This document shows positions 38,481 to 51,639 of a stretch of 64,000 bases of DNA, piece by piece (the stretch's first letter is position 1; every line of letters starts with the position of its first letter). The notes beneath the pieces were generated by a model. The model was not told where the DNA came from. It saw only the letters and a program-made list of their open reading frames with translations, and made no database searches. Source of the DNA: Eledone cirrhosa. Its lineage: Eukaryota. Position numbers and translations under genes: made by a program. The stretch is from the NCBI GenBank assembly GCA_964016885.1, contig OZ024744.1:16244001-16308000 (forward strand). The letters run 5' to 3'.

Positions 38481-41400
38481 GGAGAAGGAGATTATGAAGG
38501 AAGTTGGAGAAGGAGAGTATGAAGGAAGTTGGAGAAGGAGCGTATGAAGGAAGTTGAAGGAGGAGAATATGAAGGAAGTTGAAGAAGGAGAATATGAAGG
38601 AAGTTGGAGAAGGAGAGTATGAAGGAAGTTGAAGGAAGAAAATATGAAGGAAGTTGGAGGAGGAGAATATGAAGGATGTTGGAGAAGGATAATATGAAAG
38701 AAGTTGGAGAAGGAGAGTATGAAGGAAGTTGTAGAAGGAGAGTATGAAGTAAGTTGGAGAAGGAGATTATGAAGGAAGTTGGAGAAGGAGAGTATGAAGG
38801 AAGTTGGAGAAGGAGAATATGAAGGAAGTTGGGGAAGAAGGTATGAAGGAAGTTGGAGAAGGAGAGTATGAAGGAAGTTGGAGAAGGAGAATCTGAAGGA
38901 AGTTGGAGAAGGAGAGTATGAAGGATCTTGGAGAAGTAGAGTATGAAGAAAGTTGGAGAAGGAGAATAGGAATGAAGTTGTGGAAGAAGGTATGAAAGAA
39001 GTTGGAGAAGGAGAATATGAAGGAAGTTCAAGGAGGAGAATATGAAGGAAGTTGAAGAAGGAAAATATGAAAGAAGTTGGAGAAGGAGAGTATGCAGGAA
39101 GTTAGAGAAGGCGAGTATGAAGGAAGTTGGAGATGGAGAGTATGAAGTAAGTTGAATAAGGAGAATATCAAGGAAGTTGGAAAAGGAGAGTGTGATTGAA
39201 ATTGGAGAAGGAGAGTATGAAGGAAGTTGGAGAAGGAGAATATGAAGGAAGTTGGAAAAGGAGAGTATGAAGGAGGTTGGAGGAGGAGAGTATGAAGGAA
39301 GTTGGAGATGGAGAACATGAAGGAAGTTGGAGAAGGATAATATGAGGGAAGTTGGAGAAGGAGTGTATGAAGGAAGTTGGAGAAGGATAGTATGAAGGAG
39401 GTTGGAGGAGGAGAGTATGAAGGAAGTTAGAGAAGGAGAATATGAAGGAAGTTGGAGAAGGAGAGTATGAAGGAAGTTGGAGAAAAAGAATATGAAGGAA
39501 GGTGTGGAAGAAGGTATGAAGGAAGTTGGAGAAGGAGAGCATGAAGAGAGTTGGAGAAGGAGAGTATGAAGGAAGTTGGAGAAGGAGAGTATGAAGGAAG
39601 TTGAAGAAGGAGAATATGAAGGAAGTTGGAGAAGGAGAGTATGAAGGAAGTTGGAGAAGGAGCGTATGAAGGAAGTTGAGGAGGAGAATATGAAGGAAGT
39701 TGAAGAAGGAGAATATGAAGGAAGTTGGAGAAGCAGAGTATGAAGGAAGTTGAAGGAAGAAAATATGAAGGAAGTTGGAGGAGGAGAATATGAAGGAATT
39801 TGGAGAAGGAAAATATGAAGGATGTTGGAGAAGGAGAGTATGAAGGAAGTTGTAGAAGGAGAGGATGAAGGAAGTTGGAGAAGGAGATTATGAAGGAAGT
39901 TGGAGAAGGAGCGTATGAAGGAAGTTGGAGAAGGAGAGTATGAAGAAAGTTGAATAAGGAGAATATGAAGGAAGTTGGAGAAGGAGAGTATAAAGGAAGT
40001 TGGAGAAGGAGAATATGAAGGAAGTTGGGGAAGAAGGTATGAAGGAAGTTGGAGAAGGAGAGTATGAAGGAAGTTGGAGAAGGAGAGTATGAAGGAATTT
40101 GGAGAAGGAGAGTATGAGGGAAGTTGAAGGAAGAAAATATGAAGAAAGTTGGAGAAGGAGAGTATGAAGGAAGTTGGGGAAGAAGGTATGAATGAAGTTG
40201 GAGAAGGAGAGTATGAAGGAAGTTGGAGAAGGAGAGTATGAAGGAAGTTGGAGAAGGAGAGTATGAAGGAAGTTGAAGAAGTAGAATATGAAGGAAGTTG
40301 GAGAAGAAGAGTATGAAGGAAGTTGAAGGAGGAGAACATGAAGGAAGTTGAAGAAGTAGAATCTGAAGGAAGTTGGAGAAGGAGAGTATGAAGGAAGTTG
40401 AAGGAGGAGAATATGAAGGAAGTTGGAGAAGTAGAGTATGAAGGAAGTTGGAGAAGAAGAGTATGAAGGAAGTTTGAGAAGGAGAATATGAAGGAAGTTG
40501 GAAAAGGAGAGTATGAAGGATGTTGGAGGAGGAGAGTATGAAGGAAGTTGGAGATTGAGAATAGGAAGGAAGTTGGAGAAGGATAATATGAAGGAAGTTG
40601 GAGAAGGAGTGTATGAAGGAAGTTGGAGAAGCAGAATATGAAGGAAGTTGAAGGAGGATAATATGAAGGAAGTTGAAGAAGGAGAATATGAAGGAAGTTG
40701 GAGAAGGAGAGTATGAAGGAAGTTGGAGAAGGAGAGTATGAAGGAAGTTGGAGGAGGAGAGTATGAAGGAGGTTGGAGGAGGAGAGTATGAAGGAAGTTG
40801 GAGAAGGAGAGTATGAAGAAAGTTGGAGAAGGAGAATATGAAGGAATTGGAGAAGGAGAGTATGAAGGAAGTTGGAGAAGGAGAGTATGAAGGAAGTTGA
40901 AGGAAGAGAATATGAAGGAAGTTGAAGAAGGAGAATATGAAGGAAGTTGAAGAAGGGGAGTATGAAGGAAGTTGAAGGAAGAAAATATGAAGGAAGTTGG
41001 AGGAGGAGAATATGAAGGAAGTTGGAGAAGGAGAATATGAAGGAAGTTGGAGAAGGAAAATATGAAGGATGTTGGAGAAGGATAATATGAAAGAAGTTCG
41101 AGAAGGAGAGTATGAAGGAACTTGGAGAAGGAGCGTATGAAGGAAGTTGAAGGAGGAGAATATGAAGGAAGTTGAAGAAGGAGAATATGAAGGAAGTTGG
41201 AGAAGGAGAGTATGAAGGCAGTTGAAGGAAGAAAATATGAAGGAAGTTGGAGGAGGAGAATATGAAGGATGTTGGAGAAGGATAATATGAAAGAAGTTGG
41301 AGAAGGAGAGTATGAAGGAAGTTGTAGAAGGAGAGTATGAAGTAAGTTGGAGAAGGAGATTATGAAGGAAGTTGGAGAAGGAGAGTATGAAGGAAGTTGG

Positions 41401-44400
41401 AGAAGGAGAATATGAAGGAAGTTGGGGAAGAAGGTATGAAGGAAGTTGGAGAAGGAGAGTATGAAGGAAGTTGGAGAAGGAGAATCTGAAGGAAGTTGGA
41501 GAAGGAGAGTATGAAGGATCTTGGAGAAGTAGAGTATGAAGAAAGTTGGAGAAGGAGAATAGGAATGAAGTTGTGGAAGAAGGTATGAAAGAAGTTGGAG
41601 AAGGAGAATATGAAGGAAGTTCAAGGAGGAGAATATGAAGGAAGTTGAAGAAGGAAAATATGAAAGAAGTTGGAGAAGGAGAGTATGCAGGAAGTTAGAG
41701 AAGGCGAGTATGAAGGAAGTTGGAGATGGAGAGTATGAAGTAAGTTGAATAAGGAGAATATCAAGGAAGTTGGAAAAGGAGAGTGTGATTGAAATTGGAG
41801 AAGGAGAGTATGAAGGAAGTTGGAGAAGGAGAATATGAAGGAAGTTGGAAAAGGAGAGTATGAAGGAGGTTGGAGGAGGAGAGTATGAAGGAAGTTGGAG
41901 ATGGAGAACATGAAGGAAGTTGGAGAAGGATAATATGAGGGAAGTTGGAGAAGGAGTGTATGAAGGAAGTTGGAGAAGGATAGTATGAAGGAGGTTGGAG
42001 GAGGAGAGTATGAAGGAAGTTAGAGAAGGAGAATATGAAGGAAGTTGGAGAAGGAGAGTATGAAGGAAGTTGGAGAAAAAGAATATGAAGGAAGGTGTGG
42101 AAGAAGGTATGAAGGAAGTTGGAGAAGGAGAGCATGAAGAGAGTTGGAGAAGGAGAGTATGAAGGAAGTTGGAGAAGGAGAGTATGAAGGAAGTTGAAGA
42201 AGGAGAATATGAAGGAAGTTGGAGAAGGAGAGTATGAAGGAAGTTGGAGAAGGAGCGTATGAAGGAAGTTGAGGAGGAGAATATGAAGGAAGTTGAAGAA
42301 GGAGAATATGAAGGAAGTTGGAGAAGCAGAGTATGAAGGAAGTTGAAGGAAGAAAATATGAAGGAAGTTGGAGGAGGAGAATATGAAGGAATTTGGAGAA
42401 GGAAAATATGAAGGATGTTGGAGAAGGAGAGTATGAAGGAAGTTGTAGAAGGAGAGGATGAAGGAAGTTGGAGAAGGAGATTATGAAGGAAGTTGGAGAA
42501 GGAGAGTATGAAGGAAGTTGGAGAAGGAGCGTATGAAGGAAGTTGGAGAAGGAGAGTATGAAGAAAGTTGAATAAGGAGAATATGAAGGAAGTTGGAGAA
42601 GGAGAGTATAAAGGAAGTTGGAGAAGGACAATATGAAGGAAGTTGGGGAAGAAGGTATGAAGGAAGTTGGAGAAGGAGAGTATGAAGGAAGTTGGAGAAG
42701 GAGAGTATGAAGGAATTTGGAGAAGGAGAGTATGAGGGAAGTTGAAGGAAGAAAATATGAAGAAAGTTGGAGAAGGAGAGTATGAAGGAAGTTGGGGAAG
42801 AAGGTATGAATGAAGTTGGAGAAGGAGAGTATGAAGGAAGTTGGAGAAGGAGAGTATGAAGGAAGTTGGAGAAGGAGAGTATGAAGGAAGTTGAAGAAGT
42901 AGAATATGAAGGAAGTTGGAGAAGAAGAGTATGAAGGAAGTTGAAGGAGGAGAACATGAAGGAAGTTGAAGAAGGAGAATCTGAAGGAAGTTGGAGAAGG
43001 AGAGTATGAAGGAAGTTGAAGGAGGAGAATATGAAGGAAGTTGGAGAAGTAGAGTATGAAGGAAGTTGGAGAAGAAGAGTATGAAGGAAGTTTGAGAAGG
43101 AGAATATGAAGGAAGTTGGAAAAGGAGAGTATGAAGGATGTTGGAGGAGGAGAGTATGAAGGAAGTTGGAGATTGAGAATAGGAAGGAAGTTGGAGAAGG
43201 ATAATATGAAGGAAGTTGGAGAAGGAGTGTATGAAGGAAGTTGGAGAAGCAGAATATGAAGGAAGTTGAAGGAGGATAATATGAAGGAAGTTGAAGAAGG
43301 AGAATATGAAGGAAGTTGGAGAAGGAGAGTATGAAGGAAGTTGGAGAAGGAGAGTATGAAGGAAGTTGGAGGAGGAGAGTATGAAGGAGGTTGGAGGAGG
43401 AGAGTATGAAGGAAGTTGGAGAAGGAGAGTATGAAGAAAGTTGGAGAAGGAGAATATGAAGGAATTGGAGAAGGAGAGTATGAAGGAAGTTGGAGAAGGA
43501 GAGTATGAAGGAAGTTGAAGGAAGAGAATATGAAGGAAGTTGAAGAAGGAGAATATGAAGGAAGTTGAAGAAGGGGAGTATGAAGGAAGTTGAAGGAAGA
43601 AAATATGAAGGAAGTTGGAGGAGGAGAATATGAAGGAAGTTGGAGAAGGAGAATATGAAGGAAGTTGGAGAAGGAAAATATGAAGGATGTTGGAGAAGGA
43701 TAATATGAAAGAAGTTCGAGAAGGAGAGTATGAAGGAAGTTGGAGAAGGAGCGTATGAAGGAAGTTGAAGGAGGAGAATATGAAGGAAGTTGAAGAAGGA
43801 GAATATGAAGGAAGTTGGAGAAGGAGAGTATGAAGGCAGTTGAAGGAAGAAAATATGAAGGAAGTTGGAGGAGGAGAATATGAAGGATGTTGGAGAAGGA
43901 TAATATGAAAGAAGTTGGAGAAGGAGAGTATGAAGGAAGTTGTAGAAGGAGAGTATGAAGTAAGTTGGAGAAGGAGATTATGAAGGAAGTTGGAGAAGGA
44001 GAGTATGAAGGAAGTTGGAGAAGGAGAATATGAAGGAAGTTGGGGAAGAAGGTATGAAGGAAGTTGGAGAAGGAGAGTATGAAGGAAGTTGGAGAAGGAG
44101 AATCTGAAGGAAGTTGGAGAAGGAGAGTATGAAGGATCTTGGAGAAGTAGAGTATGAAGAAAGTTGGAGAAGGAGAATAGGAATGAAGTTGTGGAAGAAG
44201 GTATGAAAGAAGTTGGAGAAGGAGAATATGAAGGAAGTTGAAGGAGGAGAATATGAAGGAAGTTGAAGAAGGAAAATATGAAAGAAGTTGGAGAAGGAGA
44301 GTATGCAGGAAGTTAGAGAAGGAGAGTATGAAGGAAGTTGGAGATGGAGAGTATGAAGTAAGTTGAATAAGGAGAATATCAAGGAAGTTGGAGAAGGAGA

Positions 44401-46050
44401 GTGTGATTGAAGTTGGAGAAGGAGAGTATGAAGGAAGTTGGAGAAGGAGAATATGAAGGAAGTTGGAAAAGGAGAGTATGAAGGAGGTTGGAGGAGGAGA
44501 GTATGAAGGAAGTTGGAGATGGAGAACATGAAGGAAGTTGGAGAAGGATAATATGAGGGAAGTTGGAGAAGGAGTGTATGAAGGAAGTTGGAGAAGGAGA
44601 ATATGAAGGAAGTTGAAGGAGGAGAATATTAAGGAAGTTGAAGAAGGAGAATATGAAGGAATTTGGAGAAGGAGAGTATGAAGGATGTTGGAGAAGTAGA
44701 GTATGACGGAAGTTGGAGAAGGAGAGTATGAAGGAGGTTGGAGAAGGAGAATATGAAGGAAGTTGGAGAAGGAGAGTATGAAGGAAGTTGGAGATAAAGA
44801 ATATGAAGGAAGGTGTGGAAGAAGGTATGAAGGGAGTTGGAGAAGGAGAGTATGAAGAGAGTTGGAGAAGGAGAGTATGAAGGAAGTTGGAGAAGGAGAG
44901 TATGAAGGAAGTTGAAGAAGGAGAATATGAAGGAAGTTGGAGAAGGAGAGTATGAAGGAAGTTGGAGAAGGAGCGTATGAAGGAAGTTGAAGGAGGAGAA
45001 TATGAAGGAAGTTGAAGAAGGAGAATATGAAGGAAGTTGGAGAAGCAGAGTATGAAGGAAGTTGAAGGAAGAAAATATGAAGGAAGTTGGAGAAGGAGAA
45101 TATGAAGGAATTTGGAGAAGGAAAATATGAAGGATGTTGGAGAAGGAGAGTATGAAGGAAGTTGTAGAAGGAGAGGATGAAGGAAGTTGGAGAAGGAGAT
45201 TATGAAGGAAGTTGGGGAAGGAGAGTATGAAGGAAGTTGGAGAAGGAGCTTATGAATGAAGTTGGAGAAGGAGAGTATGAAGAAAGTTGAATAAGGAGAA
45301 TATGAAGGAAGTTGGAGAAGGAGAGTATAAAGGAAGTTGGAGAAGGAGAATATGAAGGAAGTTGGGGAAGAAGGTATGAAGGAAGTTGGAGAAGTAGAGT
45401 ATGAAGGAAGTTGGAGAAGGAGAGTATGAAGGAATTTGGAGAAGGAGAGTATGAAGGAAGTTGAAGGAAGAAAATATGAAGGAAGTTGGAGAATGAGAGT
45501 ATGAAGGAAGTTGGGGAAGAAGGTATGAAGGAAGTTGGAGAAGGAGAGTATGAAGGAAGTTGGAGAAGGAGAGTATGAAGGAAGTTGGAGAAGGAGAGTA
45601 TGAAGGAAGTTGAAGAAGTAGAATATGAAGGAAGTTGGAGAAGAAGAGTATGAAGGAAGTTGAAGGAGGAGAACATGAAGGAAGTTGAAGAAGGAGAATC
45701 TGAAGGAAGTTCGAGAAGGAGAGTATGAAGGAAGTTGAAGGAGGAGAATATGAAGGAAGTTAGAGAAGTAGAGTATGAAGGAAGTTGGAGAAGAAGAGTA
45801 TGAAGGAAGTTGGAGAAGGAGAATATGAAGGAAGTTGGAAAAGGAGAGTATGAAGGAGGTTGGAGGAGGAGAGTATGAAGGAAGTTGGAGATTGAGAATA
45901 GGAAGGAAGTTGGAGAAGGATAATATGAAGGAAGTTGGAGAAGGAGTGTATGAAGGAAGTTGGAGAAGGAGAATATGAAGGAAGTTGAAAGAGGAGAATA
46001 TGAAGGAAGTTGAAGAAGGAGAATATGAAGGAAGTTGGAGAAGGAGAGTA
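38480..46050 (+). repeat. ~2.6 kb higher-order repeat, ~3 copies
   Basis: GAAGGATCTTGG at 38920, 41513 and 44131 (spacings 2593, 2618). GATTGAGAATAGG at 40553, 43171 and 45890. Identical pseudo-ORFs at 39028/41621 and 39168/41761. Confidence 0.9.
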
Positions 46051-48655
46051 TGAAGGAAGTTGAAGGAAGAAAATATGAAGGAAGTTGGAGAAGGAGAGTA
46101 TGAAGGAAGTTGAAGAAGGAGAATATGAAGGAAGTTGCAGAAGGATAATATGAAGGAAGTTGGAGAAGGAGAGTATGAAGGAAGTTGGAGAAGGCGAGTA
46201 TGAAGGAAATTGGAGAAGGAGAGGATGAAGGAGGTTGGAGGAGGAGAGTATGAAGGAAGTTGGAGAAGTAGAATATGAAGGAAATTGGAGAAGGAGCGTA
46301 TGAAGAAAGTTGGAGAAAAAGAATATGTAGGAAGTTGTGGAAGAAGGTATGAAGGAAGTTGGGGAAGGAGAGTATGAAGAAAGTTGGAGAAGGAGAGTAT
46401 GAAGGAAGTTGAAGGAAGAAAATATGAAGGAAGTTGGAGGAGGAGAATATGAAGGAAGTTGGAGAAGGAGAATATGAAAGAAGTTGGAGAAGGAAAATAT
46501 GAAGGATGTTGGAGAAGGATAGTATGAAAGAAGTTGGAGAAGGAGAGTATGAAGGAAGTTGGAGAAGGAGAGTATGAAGAAAGTTGGAGAAGGAGATTAT
46601 GAAGGAAGTTGGAGAAGGAGAGTATGAAGGAAGTTGGAGAAGGAGCGTATGAAGGAAGTTGAAGGAGGAGAATATGAAGGAAGTTGAAGAAGGAGAATAT
46701 GAAGGAAGTTGGAGAAGGAGAGTATGAAAGAAGTTGAAGGAAGAAAATATGAAGAAAGTTGGAGGAGGAGAATATGAAGGAAGTTGGATTAGGAAAATAT
46801 GAAGGATGTTGGAGAAGGATAATATGAAGGAAGTTGGAGAAGGAGAGTATGAAGGAAGTTGGAGAAGGAGAGTATGAAGGAAGTTGGAGAAGGAGCGTAT
46901 GAAGGAAGTTGGAGAAGGAGAGTATGAAGGAAGTTGAAGGAAGAAAATATGAAGGAAGTTGGAGTAGGAGAATATGAAGTAATTTGGAGAAGGAAAATAT
47001 GAAGGATGTTGGAGAAGGATAATATGAAAGAAGTTGGAGAAGGAGAGTATGAAGAAAGTTGAAGGAAGAAAATATGAAGGAAGTTGGAGAAGGAGAGTAT
47101 GAAGGAAGTTGGGGAAGAAGGTATGAAGGAAGTTGGAGAAGGAGAGTATGAAGGAAGTTGGAGAAGGAGAGTATGAAGGAAGTTGGAGAAGGAGAGTATG
47201 AAGGAAGTTGAAGAAGTAGAATATGAAGGAAGTTGGAGAAGAAGAGTATGAAGGAAGTTGAAGGAGGAGAACATGAATGAAGTTGAAGAAGGAGAATCTG
47301 AAGGAAGTTGGAGAAGGAGAGTATGAAGGAAGTTGAAGGAGGAGAATATGAAGGAAGTTAGAGAAGTAGAGTATGAAGGAAGTTGGAGAAGAAGAGTATG
47401 AAGGAAGTTGGAGAAGGAGAATATGAAGGAAGTTGGAAAAGGAGAGTATGAAGGAGGTTGGAGGAGGAGAGTATGAAGGAAGTTGGAGATTGAGAATAGG
47501 AAGGAAGTTGGAGAAGGATAATATGAAGGAAGTTGGAGAAGGAGTGTATGAAGGAAGTTGGAGAATGAGAATATGAAGGAAGTTGAAGGAGGAGAATATG
47601 AAGGAAGTTGAAGAAGGAGAATATGAAGGAAGTTGGAGAAGGAGAGTATGAAGGAAGTTGAAGGAAGAAAATATGAAGGAAGTTGGAGAAGGAGAGTATG
47701 AAGGAAGTTGAAGAAGGAGAATATGAAGGAAGTTGCAGAAGGATAATATGAAGGAAGTTGGAGAAGGAGAGTATGAAGGAAGTTGGAGAAGGCGAGTATG
47801 AAGGAAATTGGAGAAGGAGAGGATGAAGGAGGTTGGAGGAGGAGAGTATGAAGGAAGTTGGAGAAGGAGAATATGAAGGAAATTGGAGAAGGAGCGTATG
47901 AAGAAAGTTGGAGAAAAAGAATATGTAGGAAGTTGTGGAAGAAGGTATGAAGGAAGTTGGGGAAGGAGAGTATGAAGAAAGTTGGAGAAGGAGAGTATGA
48001 AGGAAGTTGAAGGAAGAAAATATGAAGGAAGTTGGAGGAGGAGAATATGAAGGAAGTTGGAGAAGGAGAATATGAAAGAAGTTGGAGAAGGAAAATATGA
48101 AGGATGTTGGAGAAGGATAATATGAAAGAAGTTGGAGAAGGAGAGTATGAAGGAAGTTGGAGAAGGAGAGTATGAAGAAAGTTGGAGAAGGAGATTATGA
48201 AGGAAGTTGGAGAAGGAGAGTATGAAGGAAGTTGGAGAAGGAGCGTATGAAGGAAGTTGAAGGAGGAGAATATGAAGGAAGTTGAAGAAGGAGAATATGA
48301 AGGAAGTTGGAGAAGGAGAGTATGAAAGAAGTTGAAGGAAGAAAATATGAAGGAAGTTGGAGGAGGAGAATATGAAGGAAGTTGGATTAGGAAAATATGA
48401 AGGATGTTGGAGAAGGATAATATGAAGGAAGTTGGAGAAGGAGAGTATGAAGGAAGTTGGAGAAGGAGAGTATGAAGGAAGTTGGAGAAGGAGCGTATGA
48501 AGGAAGTTGGAGAAGGAGAGTATGAAGGAAGTTGAAGGAAGAAAATATGAAGGATGTTGGAGTAGGAGAATATGAAGGAATTTGGAGAAGGAAAATATGA
48601 AGGATGTTGGAGAAGGATAATATGAAAGAAGTTGGAGAAGGAGAGTATGAAGAAA
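45460..48655 (+). repeat. 1598-bp tandem duplication, 2 copies
   Basis: GGATTAGG at 46786 and 48384. GATTGAGAATAGG at 45890 and 47488. Pseudo-ORF starts at 45676 and 47274. All offsets are 1598. Confidence 0.88.
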
Positions 48656-48899
48656 GTTGAATAAGGAGAATATGAAGGAAGTTGGAGAAGGAGAGTATGA
48701 AGGAAGTTGGAGAAGGAGAATATGAAGGAAGTAGGGGAAGAAGGTATGAAGGAAGTTGGAGAAGGAGAGTATGAAGGAAGTTGGAGAAGGAGAGTATGAA
48801 GGAAGTTGGAGAAGGAGAGTATGAAGGAAGTTGAAGAAGGAGAATAAGAAGGAAGTTGGAGAAGGAGAGTATGAAGGAAGTTGAAGGAGGAGAATATGA

Positions 48900-50850
48900 A
48901 GGAAGTTGAAGAAGGAGAATCTGAAGGAAGTTGGAGAAAGAGAGTATGAAGGAAGTTGAAGGAGGAGAATATGAACGAATTTGGAGAAGGAGAGTATGAA
49001 GGAAGTTGGAGAAGGAGAATCTGAAGGAAGTTGGAGAAGGAGAGTATGAAGGAAGTTGAAGGAGAAGAATATGAAGGAAGTTGAAGAAAGAGAATCTGAA
49101 GGAAGTTGGAGAAGGAGAGTATGAAGGAAGTGTGAAGAAGGAGAATCCGAAGGAAGTTGGAGAAGGAGAGTGTGAAGGAAGTTGGGGGAGGAGAATATGA
49201 AGGAAGTTGAAGGAGGAGAATATGAAGGAAGTTGAAGGAGGAGAATATGAAGGAAGTTGAAGAAGGAGAATCAGAAAGAAGTTGGAGAAGGAGAGTATGA
49301 AGGAAGTTGGAGAAGGAGAATCTGAAGGAAGTTGGAGAAGGAGAGTATGAAGGAAGTTGAAGGTGAAGTATATGAAGGAAGTTGAAGAAGGAGAATCTGA
49401 AGGAAGTTGGAGAAAAAGAGTATGAAGGAAGTTGGGGAAGAAGGTATGAAGGAAGATGGAGAAGAAGAATATGAAGGAAGTTGGGGAAGAAGGTATGAAG
49501 GAAGTTGGAGAAGAAGAATATGAATGAAGTTGGGGAAGAAGGTATGAAAGAAGTTGGAGAAGGAGAATATGAAGGAAGTTGAAGGAGGAGAATATGAAGG
49601 AAGTTGAAGAAGGAAAATATGAAAGAAGTTGGAGAAGGAGAGTATGCAGGAAGTTAGAGATGGAGAGTATGAAGGAAGTTGGAGATGGAGAGTATGAAGG
49701 AAGTTGAATAAGGAGAATATCAAGGAAGTTGGAGAAGGAGAGTGTGATTGAAGTTGGAGAAGGAGAGTATGAAGGAAGTTGGAGAAGGAGAATATGAAGG
49801 AAGTTGGAAAAGGAGAGTATGAAGGAGGTTGGAGGAGGAGAGTATGAAAGAAGTTGGAGATGGAGAATATGAAGGAAGTTGGAGAAGGATAATATGAGGG
49901 AAGTTGGAGAAGGAGTGTATGAAGGAAGTTGGAGAAGAAGAATATGAAGTAAGTTGAAGGAGGAGAATATGAAGGAAGTTGAAGAAGGAGAATATGAAGG
50001 AAGTTGGAGAAGGAGAGTATGAAGGAAGTTGGAGAAGGAGAGTATGAAGGAAGTTGGAGAAGGAGAGTATGAAGGAGGTTGGAGGAGGAGATTATGAAGG
50101 AAGTTGGAGAAGGAGAGTATGAAGAAAGTTGGAGAAGGAGAGTATGAAGGAAGTTGCAGAAGGAGAGTATGAAGGAAGTTGAAGAAGGAGAATATGAAGG
50201 AATTGGAGAAGGAGAGTATGAAGGAAGTTGGAGAAGGAGAGTATGAAGGAAGTTGAAGGAAGAGAATATGAAGGAAGTTGAAGAAGGAGAATATGAAGGA
50301 AGTTGAAGAAGGGGAGTATGAAGGAAGTTGAAGGAAGAAAATATGAAGGAAGTTGGAGGAGGAGAATATGAAGGAAGTTGGAGAAGGAGAATATGAAGGA
50401 AGTTGGAGAAGGAAAATATGAAGGATGTTGGAGAAGGATAATATGAAAGAAGTTGGAGAAGGAGAGTATGAAGGAAGTTGGTGAAGGAGAGTATGAAGGA
50501 AGTTGGAGAAGGAGATTATGAAGGAAGTTGGAGAAGGAGAGTATGAAGGAAGTTGGAGAAGGAGCGTATGAAGGATGTTGAAGGAGGAGAATATGAAGAA
50601 AGTTGAAGAAGGAGAATATGAAGGAAGTTGGAGAAGGAGAGTATGAAGGAAGTTGAAGGAAGAAAATATGAAGGAAGTTGGAGGAGGAGAATATGAAGGA
50701 TGTTGGAGAAGGATAATATGAAAGAAGTTGGAGAAGGAGAGTATGAAGGAAGTTGTAGAAGGAGAGTATGATGGAAGTTGGAGAAGGAGATTATGAAGGA
50801 AGTTGGAGAAGGAGAGTATGAAGGAAGTTGGAGAAGGAGAATATGAAGGA
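48900..50850 (+). repeat. Isolated copy of the ~2 kb basic unit of the 26-38.5 kb HOR
   Basis: The pseudo-ORF at 49271-49723 is nearly identical to 27400-27852. TCCGAAGG (~49146), GAAGGAATTGG (~50196) and GGTGAAGG (~50480) occur in the same order as in that HOR. Confidence 0.8.
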
Positions 50851-51639
50851 AGTTGGGGAAGAAGAGTATGAAGGAAGTTGAAGGTGAAGTATATGAAGGA
50901 AGTTGAAGAAGGAGAATCTGAAGGAAGTTGGAGAAAAAGAGTATGAAGGAAGTTGGGGAAGGAGAATATGAAGGAAGTTGAAGGAGGAGAATATGAACGA
51001 AGTTGAAGAAGGAGAATATGAAGGAAGTTGAAGGAGGAGAATATGAAGGAATTTGAAGAAGGAGAATCAGAAGGAAGTTGGAGAAGGAGAGAATGAAGGA
51101 AGTTGAAGAAGGAGAATCTGAAAGAAGTTGGAGAAGGAGAGTATGAAGGAAGTTGAAGAAGGAGAATCTGAAGGAAGTTGGAGAAAAAGAGTATGAAGGA
51201 AGTTGGGGAAGAAGGAGAGTATGAAGGAAGTTGGAGAATTAGAGTATGAAGGAAGTTGGAGATGGAGAGTATGAAAGAAGTTGAATAAGGAGAATATCAA
51301 GGAAGTTGAAGAAGGAGAATATGAAGGAAGTTGGAGAAGGAGAGTATGAAGAAAGTTGAAGGAAGAAAATATGAAGGAAGTTGGAGAAGGAGAGTATGAA
51401 GGAAGTTGGAGAAGGAGAATATGAAGGAAGTTGCAGAAGGATAATATGAAGGAAGTTGGAGAAGGAGAGTATGAAGGAAGTTGGAGAAGGAGAGTATGAA
51501 GGAAGTTGGAGAAGGAGAGTATGAAGGAAGTTGGAGAAGGAGATTATGAAGGAAGTTGGAGAAGGAGAGTTTGAAGAAAGTTGGAGAAGGAGAGTATGAA
51601 GGAAGTTGGAGAAAAAGAATATGAAGGAAGTTGGAGGAG

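Noticed and set aside
49125-49140. 26-bp monomer with AAGTGTGAAG (1-bp insertion)
   Set aside because: It is a singleton absent from homologous units and may be a consensus error. The 26-bp monomers at ~3495/15480 and 51971/57761 are different, because each is replicated in two HOR copies.
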